DNA from: Candidatus Multivoradales bacterium
GTDB taxonomy: Bacteria > Acidobacteriota > Thermoanaerobaculia > Multivoradales > Multivoraceae
Assembly: GCA_965223325.1 (NCBI GenBank)
Contig: CBDCWI010000002.1
Coordinates: forward strand, 480,001-544,000
DNA: 64,000 bases
Reading direction: 5' to 3'
Position numbers and translations under genes: made by a program. The notes under the pieces were generated by a model. The model was not told the origin of the DNA. It did not search any database and was given only the letters and a program-made list of their open reading frames with translations. This document shows positions 17,180 through 28,021 of this stretch, one piece after another; the stretch's first letter is position 1, and every line of letters begins with the position of its first letter.

Positions 17180-19555
17180 CTACGACGTTTCGATTCCGCC
17201 AGACCGCCCGGCATCGAAGTCTTCGATGCCAGCACGAACTGCCTCGGCCATCTCGCGCCGTCTGACACCGCCGGCTAGAAACGCATGCGCACGGTTGAGC
17301 GCGACGATCGACCAACGCCTGAAGAGTGGCAGCCGCCGGCCTCCGGCGTGCTTCTTCGCCAGAAGCAGATGGTTACGGGCCGCGTATCGAAAACGCAACG
17401 GATCGTTCGCCGGCAACGAAACGCTGCCCTGGTGGAGAGCGTGGGCGTCGCCGACGGTCACCGTCGACCAGCCGTTCTTTCTCGCCCGCAGGCAGAACTC
17501 GAGGTCTTCGAACGAGAAGAAGAACTCCTCGTCGAGCAGACCGGCGCTCTCGAAGACCTCGGCGCGAACCAATAGAGCACACCCGGCCGCCCCATCAACG
17601 ATACGCAAGCCGAAGGAGGGAAGCCTGGCGGCTGGCGTTCCGTAGTCGAGGTGGCGCATTCTGCCGAGCACCGGCCCGTAGCCGAGACCGGTCGAGATCA
17701 CCATTCGCGGGTCGCTGCGCGAACGCAAGACCGGTGCTGCGATTCCCGGTTGCAGCGCCTGGTCTCCCGGTCTCGGGAAGAGCGCCTCACGCAGAGCCAC
17801 AATCGCTCGTGGCTCGATGACCAGATCGGGGTTGACCAGCAGAACCGAATCGGCGCCTTCATCGAGCGCGCGTCGGATACCGACGTTGCAGCCGCCCGAG
17901 AAGCCCAGATTGTCGTCGTTGACCACCAGCTCGACCGCAGGGCGCCGCCTCGTGGTCGCTGACAAGAGGGGCCCAAGGCGCCTCTCGAGCTGCTCGAGGG
18001 AAGCCTCCTCCGAGTGGTTTTCGACCACTACGATGCGCTCGAGCGGTGAATCCTCGCGCGCCAGCGCCCGCACCGCCATGACAGTCTCGTCTGGTGTTCG
18101 GTAGTTGAGAACGACCGCCGCCGTCCCGCCGGCCGCAGGTTCCTCCGCCGGCTCTCTGGACCCGGCCTTGCACACTCCCGCGTAGCGCACCTGCCAGTCT
18201 CGCGCATCATCGGCGATCGTTTTGACCGCCGGCACCCCGGCGCGTAGCTGTTCCAGGAGGCGCGGCTCGTTCACCAGGCGCTCGAGCTGATCGGCGAGCT
18301 CGAGAGCGGAGAACGCGTCATACAGGAGCCCGCCGACCTCGTGCTCGACAAGACCCGGGATGCCTCCCATGTCGGCACCCACGACCGGCACTCCCGCCAT
18401 GAAAGCCTCATGAATGACCAGCGGCGAGTTCTCGGGCCACAGCGAAGCCACGACCAGGACATCGAACGAGCTGTAGACCTCGCGCACCCTCGAACCGTCG
18501 AAACCTCCGCGCAGGTTGCCGGGTAGCCCCTCGCCTTCGCTTCGCAGTCGCGCTGTGTAGTCGGGGAAGGTCTCGAAAGCACCCCAGATGTGGGCCTCGA
18601 ACGCCTCGGGACCGACACGCTCGGCCAACAGACCAAGCGCCTCGAGCAGGATATGGGCACCTTTGTGCCACACCAGAGTCCCCACGAAGCCGATGCGCAG
18701 GCGGCCTTCTTCGCTCTTGTTTCGCTCCCGCGCCAGCTCTCCGGGAAGTCCTTCGAAGGGTTCGGTGACGAAACCGTAGTCAGCGACCTCGAGTCGATCG
18801 TCGGGCATTCCGAGCGCCCGGTACTCGTCGCCGAGCGCTTCTGAAGGCGCCACCCAGAGATCGACCGCAGAGAGGACCTCCTGCGCGGCTTCGAATCGTT
18901 TGCGCATCGCACCGGTCGAAATCCGTGGACCGCCCGGGACTCTCGACGCCAGGCGCGAACCCACCGCCGCTGCCGCACGCATGCGTCGGCGCACCGGCCC
19001 CGGCTGTGACGCCTGACGCGCCCCCGGTAAACCCAACGATCCGTAGACCAGACGCCCGTGGAAATTGTGTTCCATAAAGCAACGACGGCAACGTTCGACG
19101 TCGATCTCGCGACAGATGTGAAGCTCGGCCTGATGGACCCGCTGGCCTCCCGACGGGCAGAAGAGGGTGTAGTCGTGCAGCGTCGCCACCGTCGCTATGC
19201 CACGGCGGCGGCAGATCTCTGGCAACTCGAACGACAGGTTCAACATGTTGTGAATGTGCACGACGTCGGGTGCGAGAGCCTCGAGCACGTTCTCGAACTG
19301 CTCGGCGACGAGCGGCGAGCGCCAGGTCTCCTCGAAGTCAGAGAAGACCCAGTTGTTGATCAGCTCGACCACCGGCAGGTCGCGCCACGTCCGCCACACC
19401 AGGGTGCCGTGGTCACGCCCCAGATCGTAGTCCGTCGCCATGAGCCAGACGTCCTCTCCACTCGCAAGCAGGGCCTGACAGAGCTCGTCAGCATAGATCT
19501 CGGACCCGGCGCGGTGCCTGGGCAGAAAGTCGTGGATGACGTGGAGGACGCGCAT
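17180..19555 (-). CDS. GT4-GT2 fusion glycosyltransferase
   Basis: MRVLHVIHDFLP, TLHDY, ENSPLVIHEA (GT4); VVLNY, NLGFSGGCN, LVNPD, FFSFEDLEFC (GT2). Confidence 0.88.
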   Translation of the reverse strand: MRVLHVIHDFLPRHRAGSEIYADELCQALLASGEDVWLMATDYDLGRDHGTLVWRTWRDLPVVELINNWVFSDFEETWRSPLVAEQFENVLEALAPDVVHIHNMLNLSFELPEICRRRGIATVATLHDYTLFCPSGGQRVHQAELHICREIDVERCRRCFMEHNFHGRLVYGSLGLPGARQASQPGPVRRRMRAAAAVGSRLASRVPGGPRISTGAMRKRFEAAQEVLSAVDLWVAPSEALGDEYRALGMPDDRLEVADYGFVTEPFEGLPGELARERNKSEEGRLRIGFVGTLVWHKGAHILLEALGLLAERVGPEAFEAHIWGAFETFPDYTARLRSEGEGLPGNLRGGFDGSRVREVYSSFDVLVVASLWPENSPLVIHEAFMAGVPVVGADMGGIPGLVEHEVGGLLYDAFSALELADQLERLVNEPRLLEQLRAGVPAVKTIADDARDWQVRYAGVCKAGSREPAEEPAAGGTAAVVLNYRTPDETVMAVRALAREDSPLERIVVVENHSEEASLEQLERRLGPLLSATTRRRPAVELVVNDDNLGFSGGCNVGIRRALDEGADSVLLVNPDLVIEPRAIVALREALFPRPGDQALQPGIAAPVLRSRSDPRMVISTGLGYGPVLGRMRHLDYGTPAARLPSFGLRIVDGAAGCALLVRAEVFESAGLLDEEFFFSFEDLEFCLRARKNGWSTVTVGDAHALHQGSVSLPANDPLRFRYAARNHLLLAKKHAGGRRLPLFRRWSIVALNRAHAFLAGGVRRREMAEAVRAGIEDFDAGRSGGIETS

Positions 19556-19728
19556 TGCAGGATGGCTGGCGGAGGTAGGACCAAGAACGGCCCGAGGGTG
19601 GGCAAGGCTGGAGGGGCGTGGTAGCGACGGCGCGCTACCGTGGGGTCGCTAGCCTGCCATGAAGCTGGCGCTACGTCGAGTTCGCCCTACACCCGGGTGT
19701 CGGACCTCACCCGGGTCGCAAGGGGCTC

Positions 19729-20847
19729 TTAGTCCGGACGGAACCCACTCGAGCCAGCCGCGAGTCGCTCCGCGAGGTTCCCCGGAATCCGCTCTTCACG
19801 TGCCCTTTCCCGCAGGCGCTGCCAGGAGAAGCTCTCGATGAGCTCGCCCAGCCGAACCGGAAGCGGCTCGTCGCGCAAGCCGAGACCGTAGGCGAGGAAC
19901 CCCACGACGGACGACGCACGGACTCCGGCGGCGCGCAGCGAGTCGAGCGTCAGCGACGCGTCGCGCTTCGAAAGCTTCTCGCCCTCTTCTGAAAGCAAGA
20001 GCGGCACATGTCCGAAGCGCGGAGGCCGAGCGCCGAGCGCTTCGAACAACTGAACCTGGCGCGCCGTTGAGCTCACCAGATCCTGCCCGCGCACGACTTC
20101 GGTGATCTGCATCTCGATGTCGTCGACAACCACCGCCAGTTGATAGGCCCAGAGCCCGTCCCGCCGACGCAGGACGAAGTCCCCCACCGCCTGGTCAACC
20201 CGTTCTTCCTGCGGCCCGAGAAAGAGATCGTCGTAGACCACCTTGCGATCGTCGACTCGAAAACGCACCGAGGCCGCGGGATCATCCCCTGCCAGCAGTT
20301 CTTCGAGCCAGCGCTCGCGCAGCGATTGCGGCCTGAGTGATCGCGGATAGGCCTGGGCTTCGGGACCATGGGGAGCGCTGGCGATTCCCCGCAGTTCGCG
20401 ACGCGTGAGCGTACAGGGGAATAGGCGTCGATCGTGATTGAGGCGCGCCAGCGCTTCGAGGTAGTACGCGTCGCGGCGCGACTGCTCGTAGGGTGCGAAG
20501 GCGCCGCCCGCCGGGTTGCCCTCGATTGCCGCAACCGCGGGGCCTTCATCCCAATCGAGGCCCAGCCAGGAGAGGTCCCGCGCCTGCTCCTCTGCCCGGC
20601 CAGGAACGACACGCGGACCGTCGAGGTCTTCGACCCGCCAGACGAAGACTCCGCCCTGGCTACGCACCGAAAGCCACGCCACCAGGGCGGTGCGGGCGTT
20701 TCCGAGATGAATCTGGCCCGTCGGAGACGGCGCGTTGCGGCCCCTCTTCAGGCCCAGAACACTTCCAGCAGGAAACGAATCCGTGAAACCGCCTGGACGT
20801 TGCCGGCACGACGCCGGCGGCGACGCGAGTAGCACAGGCTCCCCCAC
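19729..20847 (-). CDS. gluQ: Glutamyl-Q tRNA(Asp) synthetase
   Basis: APSPTG-x-x-HLGN, RVEDLD, GDFVLRRRDG, YQLAVVVDD, VRGQDL, KLSKR; no anticodon-binding domain. True start may be ~30 codons downstream. Confidence 0.85.
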   Translation of the reverse strand: MGEPVLLASPPASCRQRPGGFTDSFPAGSVLGLKRGRNAPSPTGQIHLGNARTALVAWLSVRSQGGVFVWRVEDLDGPRVVPGRAEEQARDLSWLGLDWDEGPAVAAIEGNPAGGAFAPYEQSRRDAYYLEALARLNHDRRLFPCTLTRRELRGIASAPHGPEAQAYPRSLRPQSLRERWLEELLAGDDPAASVRFRVDDRKVVYDDLFLGPQEERVDQAVGDFVLRRRDGLWAYQLAVVVDDIEMQITEVVRGQDLVSSTARQVQLFEALGARPPRFGHVPLLLSEEGEKLSKRDASLTLDSLRAAGVRASSVVGFLAYGLGLRDEPLPVRLGELIESFSWQRLRERAREERIPGNLAERLAAGSSGFRPD

Positions 20848-21538
20848 CGTCCGGCCCGGCGTGGACGAGCACCGTCGAAGTCGAGCGGCTGCGACAGGCG
20901 CGACAGGCGACCGCGAGCAGGCGTCGGCCCGTAGACGTGACGTGCCTGATGTTCGCTCTCGCGTTCGCCCGAGCGCTGCTCGCGGAGAGGATCGAGCCGC
21001 CGAGCGATCGCACGTCTCGGGGGCAGCGCGCGCGAGCGTGGGCAGGTTGCCTCTGAAGCAAGAGTGCGGGCGCGATTCTCGCGCTGTGTGTAGACGGACC
21101 TGTGGCTCGTACGCCGATGGGGCATGAATGCCTCCCTGGCGACCGCCGGTCTCCCGTCGGACAGCTGTGCGCTGTTCGCGAGAGCCTTTGGGTACGGAAC
21201 CTCCGTCGCGAATCGTACGGGTCGAGGAGGGTCACGCTCTACCCGTGCGACTGCTGGCCTCGTTTGCTTGCTGTCAACGAGACCGGTGGATCGCTATGTT
21301 CTGAAGAGATCTTGGGGTGTCTTGGCGGGTTTGTCTTTGATGCTGGTCTGGAGATGACCTGGTCGTTTCGCGCGCCGCCCTCTCGAGACACGCTGGGCCA
21401 CGGGGGCAGCGGTCGAGGGACCGGCAGGATGCGAACCACCAGGAAACGACGGACGCCGACTCGAAAGGTGATGCTGGGCGAGCAAGAACAAGGAAAGACG
21501 AACCGAGAAGGGGTCGGCCCGATCTGGAGAAGTTGGCT

Positions 21539-21562
21539 AACAATAGCGGAGTTGACTCCGCT
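21539..21562 (-). terminator. Possible intrinsic terminator of the E1 gene
   Basis: AGCGGAGT-nn-ACTCCGCT inverted repeat (21545-21562) followed on the minus strand by ATTGTT, ~60 nt after the stop. Confidence 0.4.
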
Positions 21563-21623
21563 CTGCACCTCTGGAGCAGAAAAGGTCGATCGACCGTACC
21601 GACCTCTCGCTCCAATCCGCGGC

Positions 21624-24059
21624 TCAGAAGACCGCGGGAAAGTCAGACGGGGCACCCTCACGCATCAGGGCGTAGACCTCTTCGATCACAGAGTCGGCGC
21701 TGGGCTTCGAGAAATAGTCGCCGTCTGAGCCGTAGGCAGGACGATGCTCCTGCCCCGAGATGGTGCGCGGCTCGGCATCGAGATGCCAGAAGGCGCCACC
21801 CTTTTCGAGAACCTGGTGCGTCATGTAGGCGGTCGTTCCACCGGGGACGTCTTCGTCGACGAAAACCACCCGACCTGTGCGTTCGACGGCGGCAGCGATA
21901 CGCCCATGAACATCGAAAGGCAACAGAGTCTGCACGTCGATCACTTCGCATTCGACCCCCAGACCCGCGAGTGCCTCCGCCGCCTCGAGGCATATCTCGA
22001 CGCAGGCTCCGTAGGTCACGATGGTGACATCGCTTCCCTCGCGCAGGGTCTCAGGAACACCGAGGGCGACGGTGAAGTCGCTCAGGTTCTCGGGAACGGG
22101 CAGCTTCTTGCGGTAGCCGTTGAGCACTTCGACGACTAGAGCCGGATCTTCGGCCGCCAGTAGTGTGTTGTACATGCCAGCGGCCTGCACGGCGTCGCGG
22201 GGCACACAGACTCGCAAGCCGCGGCACAGGTGAACGATTGCTGCCATTGGCGAGCCCGAATGCCAGATGCCTTCGAGACGATGGCCACGGGTCCTGATGA
22301 TCACCGGGGCACGCTGGCCGCCACGGGTACGCCAGTGGAGGGTCGAAAGCTCGTCCGACATGAGCTGAATGGCATACAGGATGTAGTCGAGATACTGGAT
22401 CTCGCAAATCGGTCGCAAACCGCGCAACGACATGCCGATCGCCTGGCCGAGGATGGTGGCTTCGCGAATGCCGGTGTCGGTGACCCGGTGCAGGCCGTAC
22501 TTGGCCTGCAGGTTCTGGAAGCCCTGGTTGACGTCACCCAGGCGGCCCACATCCTCGCCCATCGCAAAGAGGTGTGGCATGCGCTCGAGGGCCGCGTCGA
22601 AGCAGTTGTTGAAGATCTCGAAACCGGCCAGCATTCGGGGCTTGCCATTCTCGTCGTCTTGATAGGTGGGTGCGATCACGGGGACCTCGAGCGCACTCCC
22701 GGAGCCGTCAAGGTAGAGCGCCGAGGAGTAGCGCTCTCGACCGTCGTCCTGCTCAGCCTTGCGCCAGGCCAGCAGCCGGTCGCGCGCTGCGCCCCGGTGA
22801 TCGCGGGTGGCAATGAGCACCTCCGTGGCTGCAGCCAGCATGTCGCGGCGAATGGCGTAGCGCTTGCGCCCGAGCGACTTCAGCACCGGCGCGATGGCGT
22901 TCTCGAGACCGCTCTCGGACGAAACGGCTACCGCCAGGGCCTCGAACTCCTTCTGCATCTGCTCGAGTGGCGCGCGATAGGCAGCGCGGGCGTTGTCTCT
23001 GGCGGTCTCGACGAACCGTTCTTCTTCGAGCACGATGGCGTCGAGCTCCTCGGAGGTGGCGAGACCTTCACGCTCGATCCACTGGCGCATCTTGCGCAAG
23101 CAGTCCCAGCGCTCTTCCCACTCCAGGCGCTCAGCGGGTTTGTAGCGTTCGTGACTCCCGGAGGTGGAGTGGCCAAGCGGCTGGGTGAGCTCGGTGACAT
23201 GCAAAACGACCGGGACCTGGTCTTTGCGCATGTTCTGGGAGGTGCGCAGGTAGACCTCGCACAGCCGGGCGTAGTCCCACCCGGGCACGGTGTGCAAATC
23301 GAAGCCCGGGCGCCCACCAACGCGACGGCGGAAGCCCTGCAGAACGGCCGAGACCGAACCTTTGGTCATCTGGAACTGGTTGGGCACCGAGATGCCGTAG
23401 CCGTCATCCCAGATCGAGACCAGGGCCGGCGCCTGGAGGACACCGATCGCATTGATCGACTCCCAGAACAAGCCTTCGGCACAGCTGGCGTTGCCAATCG
23501 TTCCGAAGGCGATCTCCGAACCGTCATCAGAGAAGCCTGGCACTGCGTCAGCGAGGCCATCGACTTCACGATAGAGCTTCGACGCCAGCGCGAGACCGAC
23601 GAGCTTCGGCATCTGTGAAGCGGTTGGCGACAGGTCGGCGGCCGAGTTGTACTCGTCGATCGAATTCTTCCACTGGCCGTCGGCATCGATGAGTCGCGAC
23701 GCGAAGTGACCGTTCATCGAGCGGCCGGCGAAGAAGGGCTCGTGACGAGGATCGGCGTGCGCGTAGAGCTGGGCGAAGAACTGTTCAGCGCTGAGTACGC
23801 CGAGCGCCATCATCAGGGTCTGGTCGCGGTAGTAGCCACAGCGGTAGTCGCCGCGCTCGAAGGCATAGGCCATCGCGAGCTGGGCGACTTCTTTGCCGGC
23901 GCCGAAGATGCCGAATTTTGCTTTGCCGCTCAGGACTTCTTTGCGGCCGAGCACCGAGACGTGGCGGCTGCGCATACCGATTCTGAAGTCGCGGAGCACG
24001 GCTTCGCGGCTGAATTCGATACTGCCTGTCTTGAACGGTGAGGAGATGACGGTCGTCAT
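21624..24059 (-). CDS. 2-oxoacid dehydrogenase E1, fused alpha+beta (TPP-dependent; possibly branched-chain)
   Basis: GYYRDQ, IGNASCAEG (variant TPP motif), GHSTSGSH, GEDVG..GDV, DTGIREATI, EIQYLDY, transketolase C-terminal domain. Confidence 0.9.
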   Translation of the reverse strand: MTTVISSPFKTGSIEFSREAVLRDFRIGMRSRHVSVLGRKEVLSGKAKFGIFGAGKEVAQLAMAYAFERGDYRCGYYRDQTLMMALGVLSAEQFFAQLYAHADPRHEPFFAGRSMNGHFASRLIDADGQWKNSIDEYNSAADLSPTASQMPKLVGLALASKLYREVDGLADAVPGFSDDGSEIAFGTIGNASCAEGLFWESINAIGVLQAPALVSIWDDGYGISVPNQFQMTKGSVSAVLQGFRRRVGGRPGFDLHTVPGWDYARLCEVYLRTSQNMRKDQVPVVLHVTELTQPLGHSTSGSHERYKPAERLEWEERWDCLRKMRQWIEREGLATSEELDAIVLEEERFVETARDNARAAYRAPLEQMQKEFEALAVAVSSESGLENAIAPVLKSLGRKRYAIRRDMLAAATEVLIATRDHRGAARDRLLAWRKAEQDDGRERYSSALYLDGSGSALEVPVIAPTYQDDENGKPRMLAGFEIFNNCFDAALERMPHLFAMGEDVGRLGDVNQGFQNLQAKYGLHRVTDTGIREATILGQAIGMSLRGLRPICEIQYLDYILYAIQLMSDELSTLHWRTRGGQRAPVIIRTRGHRLEGIWHSGSPMAAIVHLCRGLRVCVPRDAVQAAGMYNTLLAAEDPALVVEVLNGYRKKLPVPENLSDFTVALGVPETLREGSDVTIVTYGACVEICLEAAEALAGLGVECEVIDVQTLLPFDVHGRIAAAVERTGRVVFVDEDVPGGTTAYMTHQVLEKGGAFWHLDAEPRTISGQEHRPAYGSDGDYFSKPSADSVIEEVYALMREGAPSDFPAVF

Positions 24060-24323
24060 GGTGGGTCGGTCATTCTAGCGCCTTCGTGCGTAACCAACGT
24101 GCGCCGGGACTTTGGTCGATCGACCAACTTCTCCGTGAGCCGTTACCGGCTGGATGCGGAGGGGCTCGCTCACCGTCCGTTCGGCTCCTGGATTGGGTAC
24201 TGGTGACGGGGTTGGAGGATGTTTGGGCAATGCCCTCCTGCACCACCGCGATACCAGGCACTGAGCAAGAGCCAAGCGGAGGGAGAGCCGTGGACTCTGT
24301 TGGGGGTTCGCGCGTTGGCGACT

Positions 24324-24341
24324 TTGTGAAATAGTTCACAA
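24324..24341. promoter_or_regulatory. Rex (NADH/NAD+ sensor) operator
   Basis: TTGTGAA-ATAG-TTCACAA is a perfect match to the Rex consensus TTGTGAA-N4-TTCACAA, between the divergent E1 and nqrA genes. Confidence 0.75.
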
Positions 24342-24606
24342 GCGTTGACCGAGCCATTCTGGAGAACGCCTCCGGAGAGCCTTGTTCTGAGAGCCTCGAG
24401 GCTTACTCTTGTTGCCCCTCCAGGCCAGTTGCCGTTGGGCAATTGCCATTGGGAAAGCCGCACGCTCGCGATTCGCTCCGACCTATACCCCTCCTGCCCA
24501 GTGATGACCGTCTCGGATGGCTGACGCGGCACCATGGCACCCGACCATGGCACGCGCGGGCGCGACCTGAACCTCTCTCTACCTCGTTGCTTCTAAGGAA
24601 CCCAGC

Positions 24607-25977
24607 ATGGCCTTGCACATGATCCGCCGCGGACTCGACTTGCCCATTAAAGGCGGGCCCGAGCAGCGTATTGAGGAGGCGTCTCACCCTGGCTCTGTCG
24701 CTGTTCTCGGAGATGACTATCCGGGCATGAAGCCGACGATGCACGTGCAGCCCGGAGATGGCGTGCGCATCGGACAGCTCTTGTTCGAAGACAAGAAGAA
24801 TGAGGGAGTACGGTTCACTTCGCCCGGCACCGGTGTGGTGAAGGCGGTGAATCGTGGAGCGAAGCGGCGCTTTGAGTCGGTGGTGATCCAGCTCGACCCG
24901 AGCGACCGCGGGGCGGACTCGGTGTCGTTTTCGGCCTACCGGGACAGCCACCCTTCGGGGCAGTCGCGCGACGAGGTGCGTGAGCTCTTGATCGAGTCGG
25001 GTGAGTGGGTGGCGCTGCGCGCCAGGCCGTTCGGGAGAGTCGCGGTGCCGACGACGGTTCCAAAGTCGGTTTTCGTCAACGCGATGGACACCGATCCGCT
25101 GGGTCCAGACGTCGATCTGATTCTTGCTGGGCGCGAGTCGGACTTCGAGCGCGGTTTGTGGGCGCTTTCGAAATTGACCGATGGCACGGTCTATGTCTGC
25201 CGTCACCAGGACGGGGCGGCTACGCCTCCGGATGGCGGTCCGTTCAAGGTCGAAGAGTTCATTGGCAAGCATCCGGCCGGGCTTTCGGGTACTCACATCC
25301 ACACCCTCGATCCCGTCGACCGCAACAAGCTGGTTTGGTGGACGTCGCTTCAGGATGTGCTGGCAATTGGGCATCTGTTCCGCACCGGCAGTCTCGACGT
25401 GTCGCGGGTGGTGTCGCTGGCCGGGCCCGGGGCCCGCAACCCGCGGCTTCTCCGAACTCGGCGGGGAGCATCCACCGATCGCTTGACCTCCGGTGAGACC
25501 AGGAACCCTGACGCGGAGCAGCGGGTCATTTCGGGCTCGGTGCTTTCTGGGCGCATGGCCATGGGCGACGTGCACGGCTACCTGGGGCGCTACGACCAGC
25601 AAATCGCCATCCTCGAAGAAGACCGCGAGCGCAAGTTGTTCGGCTGGATGGGGCCGGGGTTCGACAAGTTCTCGGTCAAGAACCTGTTCGTCTCGAAGCT
25701 CTTGATGGGCCACAAGTTCAACATGACGACGTCGACTCACGGCTCGCCACGCGCCATCGTCCCGATTGGCATGTACGAGAAAGTCATGCCGCTCGACATC
25801 ATGCCGACCTTCCTTCTGCGTTCGCTGGTGGTGCAGGACATCGAGCGGCTCGAAGAGCTCGGCGTGCTCGAGCTCATCGAAGAAGACCTGGCGCTCTGCA
25901 CTTTCGTGTGCCCGGGCAAGATCGACTACGGAACCCACCTGCGCAACGCGCTTTCTACGATCGAAAGAGAAGGGTGA
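24607..25977 (+). CDS. nqrA: Na+-NQR subunit A
   Basis: [49 protein letters not shown]. Confidence 0.97.
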   Translation: MALHMIRRGLDLPIKGGPEQRIEEASHPGSVAVLGDDYPGMKPTMHVQPGDGVRIGQLLFEDKKNEGVRFTSPGTGVVKAVNRGAKRRFESVVIQLDPSDRGADSVSFSAYRDSHPSGQSRDEVRELLIESGEWVALRARPFGRVAVPTTVPKSVFVNAMDTDPLGPDVDLILAGRESDFERGLWALSKLTDGTVYVCRHQDGAATPPDGGPFKVEEFIGKHPAGLSGTHIHTLDPVDRNKLVWWTSLQDVLAIGHLFRTGSLDVSRVVSLAGPGARNPRLLRTRRGASTDRLTSGETRNPDAEQRVISGSVLSGRMAMGDVHGYLGRYDQQIAILEEDRERKLFGWMGPGFDKFSVKNLFVSKLLMGHKFNMTTSTHGSPRAIVPIGMYEKVMPLDIMPTFLLRSLVVQDIERLEELGVLELIEEDLALCTFVCPGKIDYGTHLRNALSTIEREG

Positions 25978-25986
25978 CCTGAGCAC

Positions 25987-27234
25987 ATGAAACTGCTTAG
26001 ACGATTCCTCGACAAGCAAGGCGAGATGTTCGAGGAGGGTGGCCGGTTCGAGAAGTTCCACGCCCTCTACGAAGCTCCCGACACCATCCTGTACACCCCG
26101 GGCGAGGTCACCCGCGGGGCGTCCCACGTGCGCGATGCAGCCGACCTCAAGCGCATCATGGTGACGGTGGCGGTAGCGCTCATCCCCGCGATCCTGATGG
26201 CGATGTACAACACCGGCCTGCAGGCCCACCTGGCGATTCAGTCGGGCGCCCTGGCCCTCGACACCTGGCAGACGACTGCCATGCAGTGGCTCGGTCTCGA
26301 CGCCTGGGTGATCTCGGGCTCCGGAGCGGACCCGTGGAACCTGCTCGCCTGTTTCGTCCACGGAGCGCTCTACTACCTGCCAATCCTGATCGTCACGTTT
26401 GCGATCGGTGGCAATGTCGAGGTGCTGTTCTCCATCGTACGCAAGCACGAAATCAACGAGGGCTTTCTGGTCACCGGGCTGCTCTACCCGCTCACCCTGC
26501 CGCCAACCATTCCGCTCTGGCAGGTGGCAATTGGCATCATCTTCGGCGTCCTCGTTGGCAAGGAGATCTTCGGCGGCACGGGGATGAACGTGCTCAACCC
26601 GGCGCTCACCGCGCGTGTGTTCTTGTTCTTCGCCTATCCCGGGTACATCTCTGGCGACTCGGTGTGGATCGCAGCGCAGAAGGCCCCCGATGCCTTCACC
26701 GGGGCAACGCTTCTGGCGCAGGGCTTCGAAGGCGGCATGCAGCAGGTCACCGCCACTGCCGGCTTCTGGCAGTCTTTCCTGGGCTTCATACCGGGTTCGA
26801 TGGGAGAAACCTCCACCCTGGCCTGCATCCTGGGTGGTGCCTTGCTCCTCATCACCGGAGTTGCCTCCTGGCGCATCATCGCTGGAGCGACGATCGGCAC
26901 GGTGGTGATTGCCACACTCCTCAACCTGATCGGTAGCTCGGCTACCAACGGCATGCTCGAGGTGCCGTTCTGGTGGCACATGGTGCTCGGCAGCTGGGCG
27001 TTCGCGGTCGTCTTCATGGCGACCGATCCGGTCAGTGCCGCCCACTCCGAAACCGGCAAATGGATCTATGGCTTCTTGATTGGCGTCATGGGCATTCTGA
27101 TTCGCACCGTCAACCCCGCGTTCCCCGAAGGCATGATGCTCGGCATCTTGTTCATGAACCTCTTCTCGGCATTCATCGACTACTACGTCGTGCGCGCCAA
27201 CATCAAACGCAGAAAGGCCCGCTATGCAGCGTAA
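25987..27234 (+). CDS. nqrB: Na+-NQR subunit B
   Basis: HVRDAADLKR, EGFLVT, FGGTGMN, FMN site DAFTGAT, PGSMGETS, FMATDPVS. Confidence 0.97.
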   Translation: MKLLRRFLDKQGEMFEEGGRFEKFHALYEAPDTILYTPGEVTRGASHVRDAADLKRIMVTVAVALIPAILMAMYNTGLQAHLAIQSGALALDTWQTTAMQWLGLDAWVISGSGADPWNLLACFVHGALYYLPILIVTFAIGGNVEVLFSIVRKHEINEGFLVTGLLYPLTLPPTIPLWQVAIGIIFGVLVGKEIFGGTGMNVLNPALTARVFLFFAYPGYISGDSVWIAAQKAPDAFTGATLLAQGFEGGMQQVTATAGFWQSFLGFIPGSMGETSTLACILGGALLLITGVASWRIIAGATIGTVVIATLLNLIGSSATNGMLEVPFWWHMVLGSWAFAVVFMATDPVSAAHSETGKWIYGFLIGVMGILIRTVNPAFPEGMMLGILFMNLFSAFIDYYVVRANIKRRKARYAA

Positions 27235-28015
27235 TAGCAGCCTCTACACGATTCTCTTCGCCACCGCCATGTGCGTGGTCTGCGGCATCCTGGTGTCGTC
27301 GGCGGCGGTCAGCCTGCTCGAGCGCCAGGAATTCAATGCTGCTCTGGACAAGCGCACCAAGGTCCTCGAGGCGGCCGGCTTCATTGCCCCCAAGGAAAAG
27401 GTCACTGCCGAGCGCGTCGATGAGCTGTTCCAGAACATCGAAACGGTCGCCCTCGACATGGCGACCAAAGCCGAGGCGCCCGACTTCGACCTCGAGGGCT
27501 ACGACCAGGTCAAGGCCACCGGCGACCCAGCCAAGAGCCTCGAAGCGCCGGCCAACAATGCCGCGATCCAACGGGTCCCGAAGTATGCGCAGATCTTCAA
27601 GGTCAAAGACGCTTCGGGCAACGTCGACATGTTGGTCCTACCGATCGAGGGCCTGGGACTCTGGGGAACGCTCTACGGCTACATCGCCGTCGACCCTGGT
27701 GACAATCAGGTGCGTGGCATTACCTACTACAAGCATAAAGAGACCCCGGGGCTCGGGGGCGAGGTCGACAACCCGCTGTGGAAGGGCCGTTGGCCGGACC
27801 GCAAGATCTATGACGACGGCGCGGTAGGAGGCGCGGTCGCTCTCGAAGTCATCAAGGGCAGTGCCGGCTCGGTGGAAGAAACGCCCTATCGGGTCGACGG
27901 GCTGTCTGGTGCAACCATCACCGGCCGGGGCGTGACCAACATGATCCACTTCTGGCTCGGGCCAGAAGGCTTCGGTCAGTACATCGAAGCCATCGCCAGC
28001 GCGAAGGAGGCTTAG
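27224..28015 (+). CDS. nqrC: Na+-NQR subunit C
   Basis: GLWG, ETPGLGGEV, FMN site VDGLSGATIT. Confidence 0.97.
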   Translation: MQRNSSLYTILFATAMCVVCGILVSSAAVSLLERQEFNAALDKRTKVLEAAGFIAPKEKVTAERVDELFQNIETVALDMATKAEAPDFDLEGYDQVKATGDPAKSLEAPANNAAIQRVPKYAQIFKVKDASGNVDMLVLPIEGLGLWGTLYGYIAVDPGDNQVRGITYYKHKETPGLGGEVDNPLWKGRWPDRKIYDDGAVGGAVALEVIKGSAGSVEETPYRVDGLSGATITGRGVTNMIHFWLGPEGFGQYIEAIASAKEA

Positions 28016-28021
28016 GAACCA

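Noticed and set aside
24528-24562. Sigma54 promoter upstream of nqrA (TGGCAC twice)
   Set aside because: No TGC at the -12 position; it is only a short ACCATGGCAC direct repeat
24403-27045. 880-aa minus-strand ORF
   Set aside because: Antisense shadow of nqrA/nqrB caused by high GC3; the same applies to 22230-23618, 34573-36021, 38541-39998 and 7447-8631
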